A stretch of DNA of 64,000 nt from Euglena gracilis (taxonomy: Eukaryota): NCBI GenBank assembly GCA_039621445.1, contig CP154954.1, forward strand, positions 31,210,012 to 31,274,011, written 5' to 3'. This document shows, in pieces, positions 1 through 12,500 of this stretch. Every line of letters begins with the position of its first letter. Position 1 is the first letter of the stretch. The notes beneath the pieces are model-generated. The model worked only from the letters and a program-made list of their open reading frames with translations, searched no databases and was not told the origin of the DNA. Both the position numbers and the translations under genes were made by a program.

Positions 1-509
1 GCAAGCGGCACAAGAGCAAAGCGCCGTCACATCTCACTCAGGGGGTGACGATTGCACACGATTGCGGAACCGTTGAGAGGATAAGGAGGAGGGACGTAAA
101 GAGGGAAAGGAAGACAAGGAGGAAGGGAAAGGATAAGCGATGGTCCAAGGATGCCAGGGATAACTCTTTCCCCCAAAATCGACCTGTGCTTTCGGCCAAT
201 TTTTCTGTGGACTTATCACTGAATGTGCCAGGACCAAACGTTGACTAAAGATCCGAAACAACACGCAAATGGGGGGGGGGGCAGCCAATAATGCACAACG
301 CAAAGAATTGCAAAGAAAATGCAAATTCATTCCCTTCAGCCCTCAGGAAGGCTGCTCTGCTGCCACCAAACGCAGTTGAGAGGTCGTCCACAAAATTTGT
401 AAAAATTACCATTGCGAACAAAACAAAGAAGCGGCCAGGGGCTAAACTAGACAGTGGTGGTGGCAACGCGCCCATGCAGGGTGGGAACAGGGGGAGGGCA
501 TGCCTGCAC

Positions 510-3500
510 TTGGGGGTAGCGGACGTACAGCTCCGCCTTTGGGCCAATGAGGCACTCTGTGGCGATCTGCCGTTTTCCAAAAAGCAATTTTGAAAATTGG
601 GTTCGATGGGTGGGAACATGGCTGGGCTGGGTCCATAGAGGCCAGCATCAGCAATTGTGGACTTGCATAAGACGGGGTCTGCCCAGGCTTGCTTAAGGAC
701 CCCCGGGGGGGGGGGGGGGGGGGGTGGGGTAGGGGTGGTCGGGGGGGTACTGGCTAGCCCAATGGTAGACACTGGAAAAAGGGACTAGCTAGACCCCCCC
801 CTCCCCCACGGGGGGGGGGGGTCCGGGGTCCCCGGATGGAAAAAAATCGCGCGCGCCGGAGGAAAAAATGGGTTTTTAACAGGTTTTTGGCTGATTTTGT
901 TACCAAAAATTCCCAAAAAATGGCCAAAACCGGGCAGGTTTTGGCCATTTTGGGGGCCCAAAAAAAAAGTTCGGCGTCTTTGCCGGTCATGGAAAAAAAA
1001 TTCCATAGCTAGCCCTGTAGCAGACCCCCCGGGGGGGGGGGGGGTCTGCTAGAAAACCACTAGCCAAATGTGGACTTGCATCGGGACTGGGTCTGCCCCC
1101 CCCCCAATCCCCCCCCCAATGTGGCTGGCATTGGGGAACCTCCCCCAAATGCAAACAACCCGTTGCTTGAACTTCACCGGGCAGGCTGAAAGGTGGCTGA
1201 ACTTTGGGCAAAACAACAAAGAAATGCCTCTTGTGATGAAGGAAAGGGGTGGCATTTTTTTTGACGAAAAACGCCTGTCTGCCAGCCCAAAAAAATGAGC
1301 AATGGTCGTCAAGTTGGTTGGGTGATTTTGTTGCTGATTGCTTTCGATTGGAGCGGAGATCTTCCTTCGCTTTCCCTAAATTTTAGCTTCATTTCCAGAG
1401 GTTTCTTAATTTTGGACTTCGCGGTGGTGCCGGGGGGGGGGGGGCTTCAATTTGGGTGTCGGTCGGTTCGGCCCCACAGGTTGCTGAAAATTGGGGGTTA
1501 CTCACAGCGGGAGGAGAGGATGGCCGCTGGAGGGCGGGGGGGGGGGGAGCACGGCCCCACCTGCTGGCCCTGCCGGCGACCCCGGGCCCGCTCCAAGTCG
1601 CGAAGCACCCGGTGACAGCGGGCGAGGGCGTCCTGCATCTCGCGGTACCGGATGGCCGCCTCCGCCTGGGCGGGTGCCGCCAGGGCCCCGGCCCGGTTGT
1701 CGAGAAGAAGGCTGACGCTCGCGCGCACATGCACGTGTGCGTACCATTAACCGTGCATTCCAAAACCAACAATATTGGTTGAAAGGCCCCACCCACATGG
1801 TTTGGGGAAAGCGTGTGGCTACTGAGGCATGTGGCTCACGGCGGGAAACACAATTGAAGCACAGCATTCGGGGGGAGGGTCAACATTTTGCCACTCCTCA
1901 CACTTGGGGCCCATGGTGAAGGTGTCTTGTGCTATGGGGTGCCTGCACATAGCAGGCAGACCCCTTGGTGAAAATAGTCATTTCGTGGTACCTGGCATGC
2001 CGTGAGGGGAGGGCGGCTCCAGCACTGCCCGGCCCAACCCCAACCCCAGTGCAAAATCCACCCGAATGGCTTCAGGGGGTTCATATTCAATAATTTGGGT
2101 GAAACCTCGACTTCCAGCCACTTTTAGAAAAAGAACACCGCTGCCCATTGGAATTTGTTCGTCAAGGCAAACCCACCCCATTGAAATTGAAAATTGCCAA
2201 CAAAAGGTTTTGCCTGCAAGGGAGGAAAAGGGAGGTTGGTTCTGGACCTTGCTGGGGTGGCCGGCCGTGGGGGCTTGTCCCACCCCCCCCCCCCACTGCC
2301 TGTCCACAGCGCCAACCCACCCATGCGGGGACCGCACCGTGACTGGGGTGCGACCTTCCTTGCAAAGAAGACACGAGCACGTCCCTGCGCGTGGGAAAAC
2401 ACATGTGTGTGGTGTGGCTTATTGTGTTCCGGGGTTCCCCTCGAAGCCTGACAGACGTGGCCCTGCGCACGATGTCCTCCAGGGTCCCCACCTCCTGCAG
2501 CAGCTGATCCGCCTCCGGGCACTGCCGCCAGCGCACGGCGGCCGGTGGTTGGCCGTCGGGGGGCCCGCCTCCCCCGCCCCGTCAGCCCACCCCACCGGAG
2601 AGCGGGGGGCCCAGGCGGGGGGGCCGGCAACCCTGCGGCCGGTAGGCAGCGTTGGCCTGGAGGGCGGCCACCCTGCACCACACGGGGGGAGGGGAGCAGC
2701 GGGCGAGGAGCCAAAAGGTCAGGCGCGGGGACACCGATGACCCCCCAGCAGAGCGGCGGGTGGCGGCACACCGGTCGGCCAGGAGGGCCCACCCCTTCTG
2801 CATGGCGGGCCCGTCCTGCTGCTCCTCGGGCTTCTCCAGCTGGGCGCGCAGCTTGGCCAGGGGATCCCCGGGGGGCCCCGGACCAACACTGCATTTGACC
2901 ACCTGCCCCCCCCCCCAGGGCAGAACGGGAAGGCCTGGTGGGGGGGGTGGTCGACCCCCCCCCTGGGACGAGGGGGGGGGGTCGACCCCTTCCACCCACC
3001 ACAGCATTTGCACCACCAATTTCGGGGAAACGGGGATATTGGCCAGAAAAATTTTGAAAATTTTTTTTGAAAAATGAACCCAAAACACATGATTTTTTGA
3101 TGGAAAACCACATTTTTTCCACAAAAAATCTCAAAAAATTCAGGGTTAAAAATTGGTACTTTTTAGGAGGGGGGGTGAAAAAAAAGAGGTCAAAAAAAGT
3201 GGACAAAATTTTGGACAATCAAATTTTACTGACATTTTTTCTCATTGAAAATTTTTGGACTTTGAATGGCATTTTTTGCTTCAAAAACCTCTCAAAATCA
3301 ACATTTTGAGAAAATGTTGATTTTCTGGAAGGTGTGAAAAAATGGGGTTTTGGCGCCGGAAAATTTTTTTCGGGTCCAAAAATTGGTGCTCCCGGAAATA
3401 CGGGAAGAGGTGGTGGGGGGGTCGAACCCCCCCACCCACCATGCAGGGGGTGGGGGGGGGGGGGGGTCGACCCCCCCCCCGGCCAAACGTCGGTTTACCA

Positions 3501-6500
3501 ACCCCGGGGGGGGGGGGTGCCTTGGTGCCTGCCCATACTAGGCAACAAGGCAAACCCCTCGGGTGGGTGGTGCCCATAGCAGGCACCCCCCGGGGGTCGG
3601 TTTTGGGTCGTGGTGCCCGCCACAATTTCCCCTTGAAAAGGGCCATTTTCGGGCCCCCAGGCACCGGGGGGGGGGGGCATGCTATGGCACTGCTCCCCCC
3701 CAAAAAAAGAAGCCTGCCCCTGACCCCTGTGAACCCACCCCCGACCAGCCCCTCCCCTGGACAGAAACGAGTTCTCTGAAACTCACAACTTGGGGGAGCA
3801 GTCGTAATCTGCCTCCATCCATCCACCCACCACTTGCTGGACATCGCGCTGGGCACAAGGGATGAGTGGCCGGGTGAAACCGATCCAGGCGTTTGCAGAA
3901 ACCCAGGAGATCGCTTCACGTGACTGAATGGATTGCTGAGTAATGTGGCATTTTGGCCGGGGGGGGGGGGGGGGGGGAAAAAGAGGCCAGCGTCCTGCCA
4001 CGGCACTTCGCCACATGATCCCGCGCCTCCGTGAACAGCTGCAGGCGGTCCAGGGTCGCCCCGGCATCCACGCTCAGCCGCTCATACTCCTGTAGCGTGG
4101 CCTGAGCCACGCACAGGGGCCAGGGGTGTGGGCAGTGGCATACACCGCAAGCCATCGCACAACACCCCTCAGGGTGCATCACACAATATTGGTGGAAAAA
4201 ACTTGCACAAATGCTGTTGCCTTGCACACGGTCAAGGTCAACCTTTCTGTTTCAGTGAATGAGATGCAGTTGTACTTAGGATCATACAATTGCTTACCGA
4301 CCCCCCCGGGGGGGGGGGCACTCCACTTTTTTAAAAACCAGTCAGTCACTCATTTTCAAAACGCCAGCCAGTCACTACCCCCCCCCCCCGGGGGGTTGGG
4401 GGTCGGCCACTCAGAAAAACGGCCACTTTCCAGTCACTTTAGGCCATTTTTGGCCCAAAAAATTTTTCCGGCCTTCGGCGCCGGGGTCACTCAAGCCACT
4501 TTTGCCCACTCCTGGCCGACCCCCCCCGGGGGGGGAGGGGGTCCGGGCCAAAAACCAGTCAGTCACTCTACCGTCAGCGGGGCTACCACCGCTCGACGGT
4601 GCCCTATCCTCTGTGGGATGAGGTGGTAACCACTTTGTGGTGAACGGGTGCACAGCCGGTAGCGTTGTATCTTTACCTGTCCTGCCTGTTCCTTCTTATC
4701 CCTCCCCCTTCTCGCTCCGGAACGGCCCTTGGTGCTTGAGAAGTGTCCCAAGATTTTGGGTGGAAAATGGAGTGTCTGGCTCTTTCCCATATTGAATCTT
4801 TTGGTTGGACACGTTAAGGAATGATTGCTGCCAATCTTTCTATGTGTGCCATACGCGGGATGTGCCTATTCATGGCAGAACATATGAACTCCTGTAAGCC
4901 TAGTTGTGATAGCCATGTACGTATTGATGGCAAATCACAAAAACAAAACAAAACAAAAAAAAACTTTTTTGACAAATGATATTGACATGTCTGGTTATTG
5001 GAAAACACACACAAAAGAAACAAGCCGATAGTCCCATTGGTTATTTGTGCATGGTACGAGAAGCATGGGTTGTGACGTGTGAGTGTGTGTGTGCGCATGC
5101 ATGTGTACTATTTTATATCCAATATATATATATATTGATTTTTTTTCCCTCACTTCCAAAGTGAATGCCTTTTTTTTTTATCCTGTCCCTTCCCATCTCA
5201 AAATGACGTTGGAAGATGGTTAACCCACTGGAATGTGTATGACCATCTTCATTTACGTATGTTTGGGCTTGCCAAATCTTGAAAAGGAAAACATAAGAGG
5301 ATGTCTTTCTTCTGGCTCCATTTTCTATGTCCAGCTTGCTTATTTTTTATTTTATTTTATATTGGTTTTCTTATTTTATATTATTTTTTTATTTTATTTT
5401 CCTTCCCCATTCGTGTTTTCTCTGTCCAGGGATCCTCACACGTCCGTGCTGGCCGAGGCCAAAATGTATCCGTGATTTTCTGTGAATTTCCGTGATTTTC
5501 CGTGAATTTCCGTGAATTTCCTGTTTCCGGAAAAGGTCAAAGGCCACATTCCATTCTGCACTGGAGCCATATTTGGGCGGTTGTGGCAGCAGATCGTTTC
5601 TCCATAATATAGTCCTGGAGATCCCCCAGTTCCTATTCACACCTGTATATGAAAAAAAAAACGTACAGGAGGGGAAAAAACAACCTTTTGTCCTTGAATT
5701 TTTTTTTGATTGCCCCTAAATGGGTTGCCAAAACCCTGTCAGCAGACCGATATAGCGATTGACCCTTCCGCATGCAGCCTGGGCGGGAAGGTGGAAAGTC
5801 ATAAAAACCAGACGCCCTCAACTTGTGTGTATTTTTGGAGAACACCTCTGATGCTCTCGAGGTCCAATTTTGTGACCGGGAGACCAGAATGGAGGAAAAC
5901 GGCCACAAAATCATCTGTGATTGTCTGGGTGAGGTTTCGCTTAATTCACCGACTCCCGAAAATCCAACTGCTTCAGTGGAGTGTCCTGGCTAGGAAGAAA
6001 AATTACAAAAAAATGAATTGGACGACATTGTCTGTTTGGAAAGGCAGAGAATAAGCAAAGCATCCCATCAAAATGTGTCTGCACAAACAAAACACATTCA
6101 AAGAAAGACCAATTTTTTTTTCCCGAACCCTCCTCCTCATCCGTGAATTTCCGTGATTTTCCGTGATTTCCGTGAAAATGGCCTTCCGCCCATTTCCGTG
6201 ATCCTCCGTGAATTTCCGTGAATTTCCTTTTCAGGACGTGTGAGGATCCCTGCTCTGTCCATTCCCTTTCCCCATGTGTTGCAGCCATTGTTCACCCGTT
6301 TATGTTTCGGCATCTTCACAGCTCTTCCCGACAGTTTGATGGCCCACTTCACGGCATTGTCGCTGGAGGAGCAAGCCTTGGCGGCTTCCCCAAAGACAGC
6401 CTTCCCGATTATGTCAGTGGGGAAAGCACCTGACACCAACGAAGTAGTGGTGTCAGCTCGCATCTATTCCTCAAAAAAGGAAGTGCACCGTATTCCAGCA

Positions 6501-9500
6501 TCATCGGGACCATGCCTCTCCTCAGTAAATTACCTCTGCATTGGCCCTCCCTCTCCATTTCACTCAGAAACACACACTATCTCATATTCATATTCACACT
6601 CACACATGCGCGCCTCTCCCTCTCTCTCTATCTCTTATCTCTTCTTCTGGTTTCCATTTGTTCTCCCGCATTTTTTTTTGCATTTTTTAGTAGGGACTCA
6701 CTCCACGGTTGGGCACAAAAAAAAAACCCAAAAAATCCCTCCGACGTTGTGCAATAAGGTTTTTTTTGGGTTGTTGTTGTTGTTGTTGTTGTTGTGTTAT
6801 TTAACAAATGATAAATTATTATTTATTGTAATAATAATAATAATAATATTATTATTATATTTAATAATAATAATATTTTATAATATAATTATAATAATAT
6901 CATTATATTACAATATTTATATACATTTTTTATATAATATTTTTTGTTATATATTATTTTATATATTATTATATATTATTAGATATATTAGGTTATTATT
7001 AATTTTAAATATAATAGTAACTACAGGTTTCCGCAGGGGCTGTTTCCCCCCCCTTGATATGTCGACAGAAGGGAACCCTGCCTCTTAAGTGGCCCTCCAC
7101 AGCATGGATGTCCAACACACCTGCTAGATGAAAAAGTTATGAGCGTGTTCACGAGGTAAGACCGGAATGATTTTCTTTTTCTCCCCCTCTGAGAGTTGAT
7201 GTATGGGCCGGATTACTTCGCTCCATCAGTCTTTGGTGGCCCATGATCACTGGCGCTTTACCAGCAACCAGCATGGCCACTCTCCATAAGGGTTTGCCAG
7301 CTCTGGGAGTGGAGTCTTGGAGTGATGTACTTGCTATACTCCTGATGCACTACCCAGGGTGGGATGAAGAGAAAAAACTGGTTTTTCAGGCTGAGGTTGC
7401 TGATGAGTCTCCCGACGTCGAAGTGGCCAATACACATGTTTGCCTGAGTTACATTGTTCTGTTTATTCCCCCCCCTAAGCTTGAATGTATTTCGTACATA
7501 GGTTATGTATGTAGTGTGGGATTGCTTGTTGTTATCTTGTTTGCTTGTATGTTCCCCGTTTTCCCCTTGAGGACAACAAAAGCCATCCCATTTCCAAAAA
7601 AAAAACGGATAAACAAAACGAGTCTGTCCAATCGCATTTCTGGATACTCCACACAAATTTCTTTTTCCAATTTTGTGTTGTCTCTCAACACAAGGGTGAG
7701 CTTCATATACAATATAATTAGTTGTTGTTCTTTTTTCCATCAATGCATATATAAATTTATTGTTACTAGCAGTATCATTAGGTTTAGTATTATCTTTGTA
7801 TTCTCATACTGATGATTTATGATCGTATTTGCAGTTTTTATTCTACAGTTCTTCAACACCACACAGTTTACATATTTGAGCTCAATCTAGATTGTGTCAA
7901 TCTAGAGAGTTTTTCTCTGCCATGCATCCTCCCTTTCTGGTTTTCTTTTCCTTTTTTCTTTGTTTTTTTTAAGCTACAACGAATGAAGTTTTCGATGGGT
8001 TTAGTCAAACATTTGGCAAAAATACCTGCTGAATCTGCCCCATGAACAATTTATGAAACTGATTTTGAATGGCAGTGGCAAGGAGAAAGAGAAAGACAAA
8101 GATCGACCGAAGACCAAACTTTTGATGCTGATCATATGGTATGCGGTGTACAGTTGGGTATCCAGATCATTGAACAAGCAACCGGTGTATGGGTTGAAGA
8201 TCTCTGAAGATGAGAGTGTTCCAGATTCTCCTTTGAGCCCTGAGGATTGGGCCAAGCTCGTCAAGGCTGTGGTTCAGCAAGTCAAGGCTCCGCCAGATTG
8301 TCCAGGGGTGCTCTCTCATTTTTTGGTTGGAAGGGTTCGTTTGATTATTGTTTTAGTTTTTTTTAAAAAAAAGAAAAACCAAATCGATTTTTTTTTATTG
8401 CCTGCGTTGTTTCAGCAAAAACCTGACACTAGGGGGGTCCCCCCCTACTTCCCATGCCTTCTCCTCTTTTCCCGAGCATTTTATTGGGGACTCAACGACC
8501 AGATTGATTCAGGTGGTGGGTGCCTCAGGTTGTGTTTGCCATAAAATGCTTTTTTTTTTCGTGATCAGAGAGAATATGTCTGTTCCTGGGAGAAGGTGAT
8601 GAAGCCGCAAGATAGATCATCCATTTCTGCGGTGGCTTCGGGTGCCTCTTGGCGGTCGCTTCTGCTTCCCTCGAGTCCCGCTCTGTCTAGTTCTTGTCTG
8701 GTTTTTTCCTTTTTTTTTGGTCACACTCTAATGTTTGATACAGTTATGTTGTGGTGGGGGGAACCATTAAGTTTATCACGTTTGTCTGCTTAGAGGAAAA
8801 GCATACCAAAACACAAGAAGTAATGAAGATGAGAGCCACTTATAGGTGTAAATAGCAAAGAGCTTGTCTGCAGACTTGCCCCTTTGCTAGAGTTGCTAGA
8901 GATGGCTAGGGAGTTACTGGAATTTGCATGCTTTTGTTTATTCTTTCTACTCTATGAGTGCATTCGGTTTGCCATCGTTTAGTAGGGTTATTGTGGGGGT
9001 ACTGCACTTTTTCTTTTTGGGAGCTTGACAGCATTTGGCATTCAAGTTTCATGTGTGTCCACTATGGACACAATTTTAGAGGAGGTCTTGTTTTTACCTG
9101 ACATCATTGTACCTCAAGCCAGTGCGGCATTGAGAGAGCTTCTCATCGAACATCAAGCCGGATCCTCGAACCTGCGCGCTCTTGATGGCATCCGCCTTCT
9201 GCAACAACTTCAGATCGCGCTTCGACAAGTGTGGTCCAAGGTCACCACCAGCCAACGTTTGGCGCTGCTTGGTCCATACAATTTTGTTCTTCTTCTATCG
9301 GTTTATTTTCTTTTATTATTTATTTTTGTTTCCCTTTTTGTTATCTTTTAAAGGGCATAATCCCCGTATCATCTCTGTTTCATGAAAGTGTGGTTGTTGT
9401 AGAGCCAGTGAATTTATCCCAACATACGGTTCATCAAATATTGATCAGGTCTCTTTTGGGGGGGCACACATATACCCGGACTGCCCATTGTTTTTTTTTG

Positions 9501-12500
9501 TTTTTAATTATTCATTGTGGAAGTGAGGATAGTTAGCATAGTTGTGCAGTGGAATCAATGCAAAGGCTGAATGTTGGAACTCTTATGGTTTCAAGACATA
9601 CCGATTACGCATGGGATTCAAAACAAAATGGCATGTTATGGACCCCTGCAGGAATGGAGCACGGCATGTACGCAACTGGCCCCAGTGGGGGTGTCCTCTC
9701 AAGACCAACAGGCCGTGCTCAAGTCCCTCCAAGGCTATCTGGCACAATTACCTCATTCCACCAATTTCATCAACCTGGTGTACTCCATTTTATTTGCGGC
9801 TCCGTCGTTCAGATTTCTTCGGATTCTTCTGTTAAAAATTTATCACTTGCAAGTTTTATTATATGGCATCCAAAAAAAAACCCAAGAAAGGTATTTTGCG
9901 GTTTTTCTTTTGGGAAGGGCAGGATACAATAATTGAGTGTGTAAAGTAAAGTAGTCGAGGTGGTGCAGGTTGAGCTTTTAAGAAAATATTTTTCGTTTTT
10001 TACCGTTAATAGGCTGTTTGAAAAAGAAAATATTTTTCGTGTTTTACCGTTAATAGGCTGTTTGAATCCTTTCCTTTGCCACCTTACAAAGGTTTGTCGG
10101 TCCACAGTGGGTGTAGTTTAGGGTCAAGGGCATTGTGATGATCATTTATTTGGTTTTTTTTGGTTTTCTTTTGTTTGTTGGTTTTTTTTTCTATTTGGTT
10201 GTTGGTCTTGTTTTTTGGAACCCGAGGCAACCTGGTTTCCAACATGGGACTTCGGTGGGTTGCACTCTGTTGTTGATCTTCCTACGCTTCGGGCTGCTTT
10301 ACTGGGCCTGGTCAGAGGGATTTCCTCAAAAACCCAATTAAAAGCCTTCCAAAGGCTTGTGGAGGAGCATCTTAGGAAACAACTTCCCTCTACGTCTGCA
10401 GACCACAGCGTTCAGGCTTTATGTTAGGTTAATTTTAAGTTTCTGTTTGTTTGTTGCGTTTTCCCCCTCCCCCCCCCATTTTCGTTGTTCTTATCTCTCT
10501 CTTGTTTTCGTTGGAGGATAAAAGGAATGAATGGGTCATAATTCCTATGTGCTCATTCGCAATTTTTTGTGGGTATTGTTGTTTTTTTTTGTTTCATTTT
10601 GATTCTTGATTTCCCCCTCCTAATTTATTATAATGGAGCCTGCTGAAGACCTGGATTGGTTTCTGCAAGGTGAGCCCACAACCCCTGTCCCATCTGCTCC
10701 ATCCTCCTCGACTCTCACGGGAGCTACAGAGAGTCCTCGTGTTGCTCCCACCGAAGGACAGGAGCGTCCCAAGCCCTCATGGACCGTCAGACCGCTGGAA
10801 GAGCAGCAGGGCTCCGTGGTCCGTGTTTTGAATTTATCTCGTCAGTTCAGTCCCATGGCGTACACAGAAGCTTTGAGGGAGGTTTTGGATTCTATGGATG
10901 TGGTCACGCCAATGAACGTTGATCGTGGTTTTTGTCACGTCACGATTCCATGTTATAAATATCGCGAGTTATTTCGGACTTCTGACATGGCGGAAGTGAA
11001 GTTGGCTTCTGGGTTATCTTTCAGAATCCGTGGGCGCACTCCAGAAGGGGAACCTTACATCGATTTTCGGAGTTCCGCCGCGAAAAGACCCAGGATCGAG
11101 GCCGGATCCCGTCCACTTCTCTCGCCCACTTCGTCAACACCAGTACTAGCACGTGTTGGTGTGCATCCCATCCCGAGTCCCCCTCCGACTCCGCCGTCAT
11201 TCTCACGTTCCACGGTTGACTCTTTCGCGAGTTCGCCTTTCGCCAAATTACCAGCCTCTTTGGATGATATCATGCCGGTTTTCACACATTATGCTCCTGA
11301 TGTTGGTCGTTTCTACAATTGGTTGTGGATCCCTCCTCTTCCTCCGGCAGCCTACATCCCCCAGGATTTCCTTCGTCTTTTTGGCCCCGCCATAATCAGC
11401 ACAAATAATCAGGTCAAAGTTGATTTCCTCAAAGAAATAGTGCAGAGATTGGATTGTGTGGACAACCATGGTTTCTATTTTGAAAAGACCTGCGATGCCA
11501 AGGGATGTTGGAATTGCGGGTCTGTTTTTTTCGGCTGATAGTTTGTGTCCGGGCTGTTTGAGTAGTTCGTTTTTCTATATTCCGTGCGACACACAAACAA
11601 AATCCTTAATGGGTAATGTGGATGGGTCGGATGCTTTGAAATTCATCCTCAAAGGGCTGCAACAGACCTCAGCCACTTGGTCCACCATGTTGTCGTCGGT
11701 GGCGAGCAAATGGGCTAAAATTCTCCTTAGCAGGCCTCGCCTTCTGTCGACGGGTGGGGTCTACGTGTCCCCTCCTATCATCAATGATGATGCCTTTTTG
11801 GTGTTCTTTTCGATTCCCAAGGATATGCCTCCTCCTCCCAATTTTCCCATCCCTCCCCTGACCAATGAGGAAGTGCGGTGCATATACTCTTCTTTGTGCT
11901 CACAATGTGGAAGGCCCAAGGCAGAAAACATCAAATTCTGACAAACACACTGCCTTTTTTTGTCAAGAGTGCGTTGTGCATCCGTTTGGATAAGGGACAA
12001 ACTTCTGCCAACAAAGTTTTTGCTCAACAGTCTCGTTGGAATCCTTATGGTCTTCCCCTGGAATTTGTGTTACCAGTCACTCCTCGTTTTTCGTTTGACT
12101 GCAACCCGGAACAGCCACCGCCCCCTGATCTCAGGTTTTGGGTGAAGGAATTGGATGCAAAACTGCCCCCGCTTGTTGATGTCACCAATACTCGAAATCC
12201 TGGTTGTTGGAGGATCATGGATTTGAATTGTGGGGGTGGTTCCTCGCTACCTGCGGTTTGTGATTTGATGTCACTTTTGGATCCAGACTTCATTTTTCTT
12301 CAGGAATTGTGGGAGACCGACCCTCGGGACGAGATTGCTTTTCGCCGATATGTTATATTCCTCAGTGCATTCCGTGATCGTGGTCAAGGCTTGTGTATTA
12401 TGGTGCATCGAAGGGTGTTGTGTCCCAATTCTGCATCGCAGATCCTCCCCTATGATTCTCCATGATTGTAGATCTTGGTTAGCTCTGGGGTTTCACGTGG

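Noticed and set aside
3787-3923. Probable extra exon of the hypothetical gene
   Set aside because: Three frame/acceptor combinations are possible and I could not choose, so it is left out of the model.
6760-7020. Hydrophobic 'membrane protein' ORF 6240-7088
   Set aside because: The hydrophobicity comes from (TTG)n/(TAA)n low-complexity sequence.
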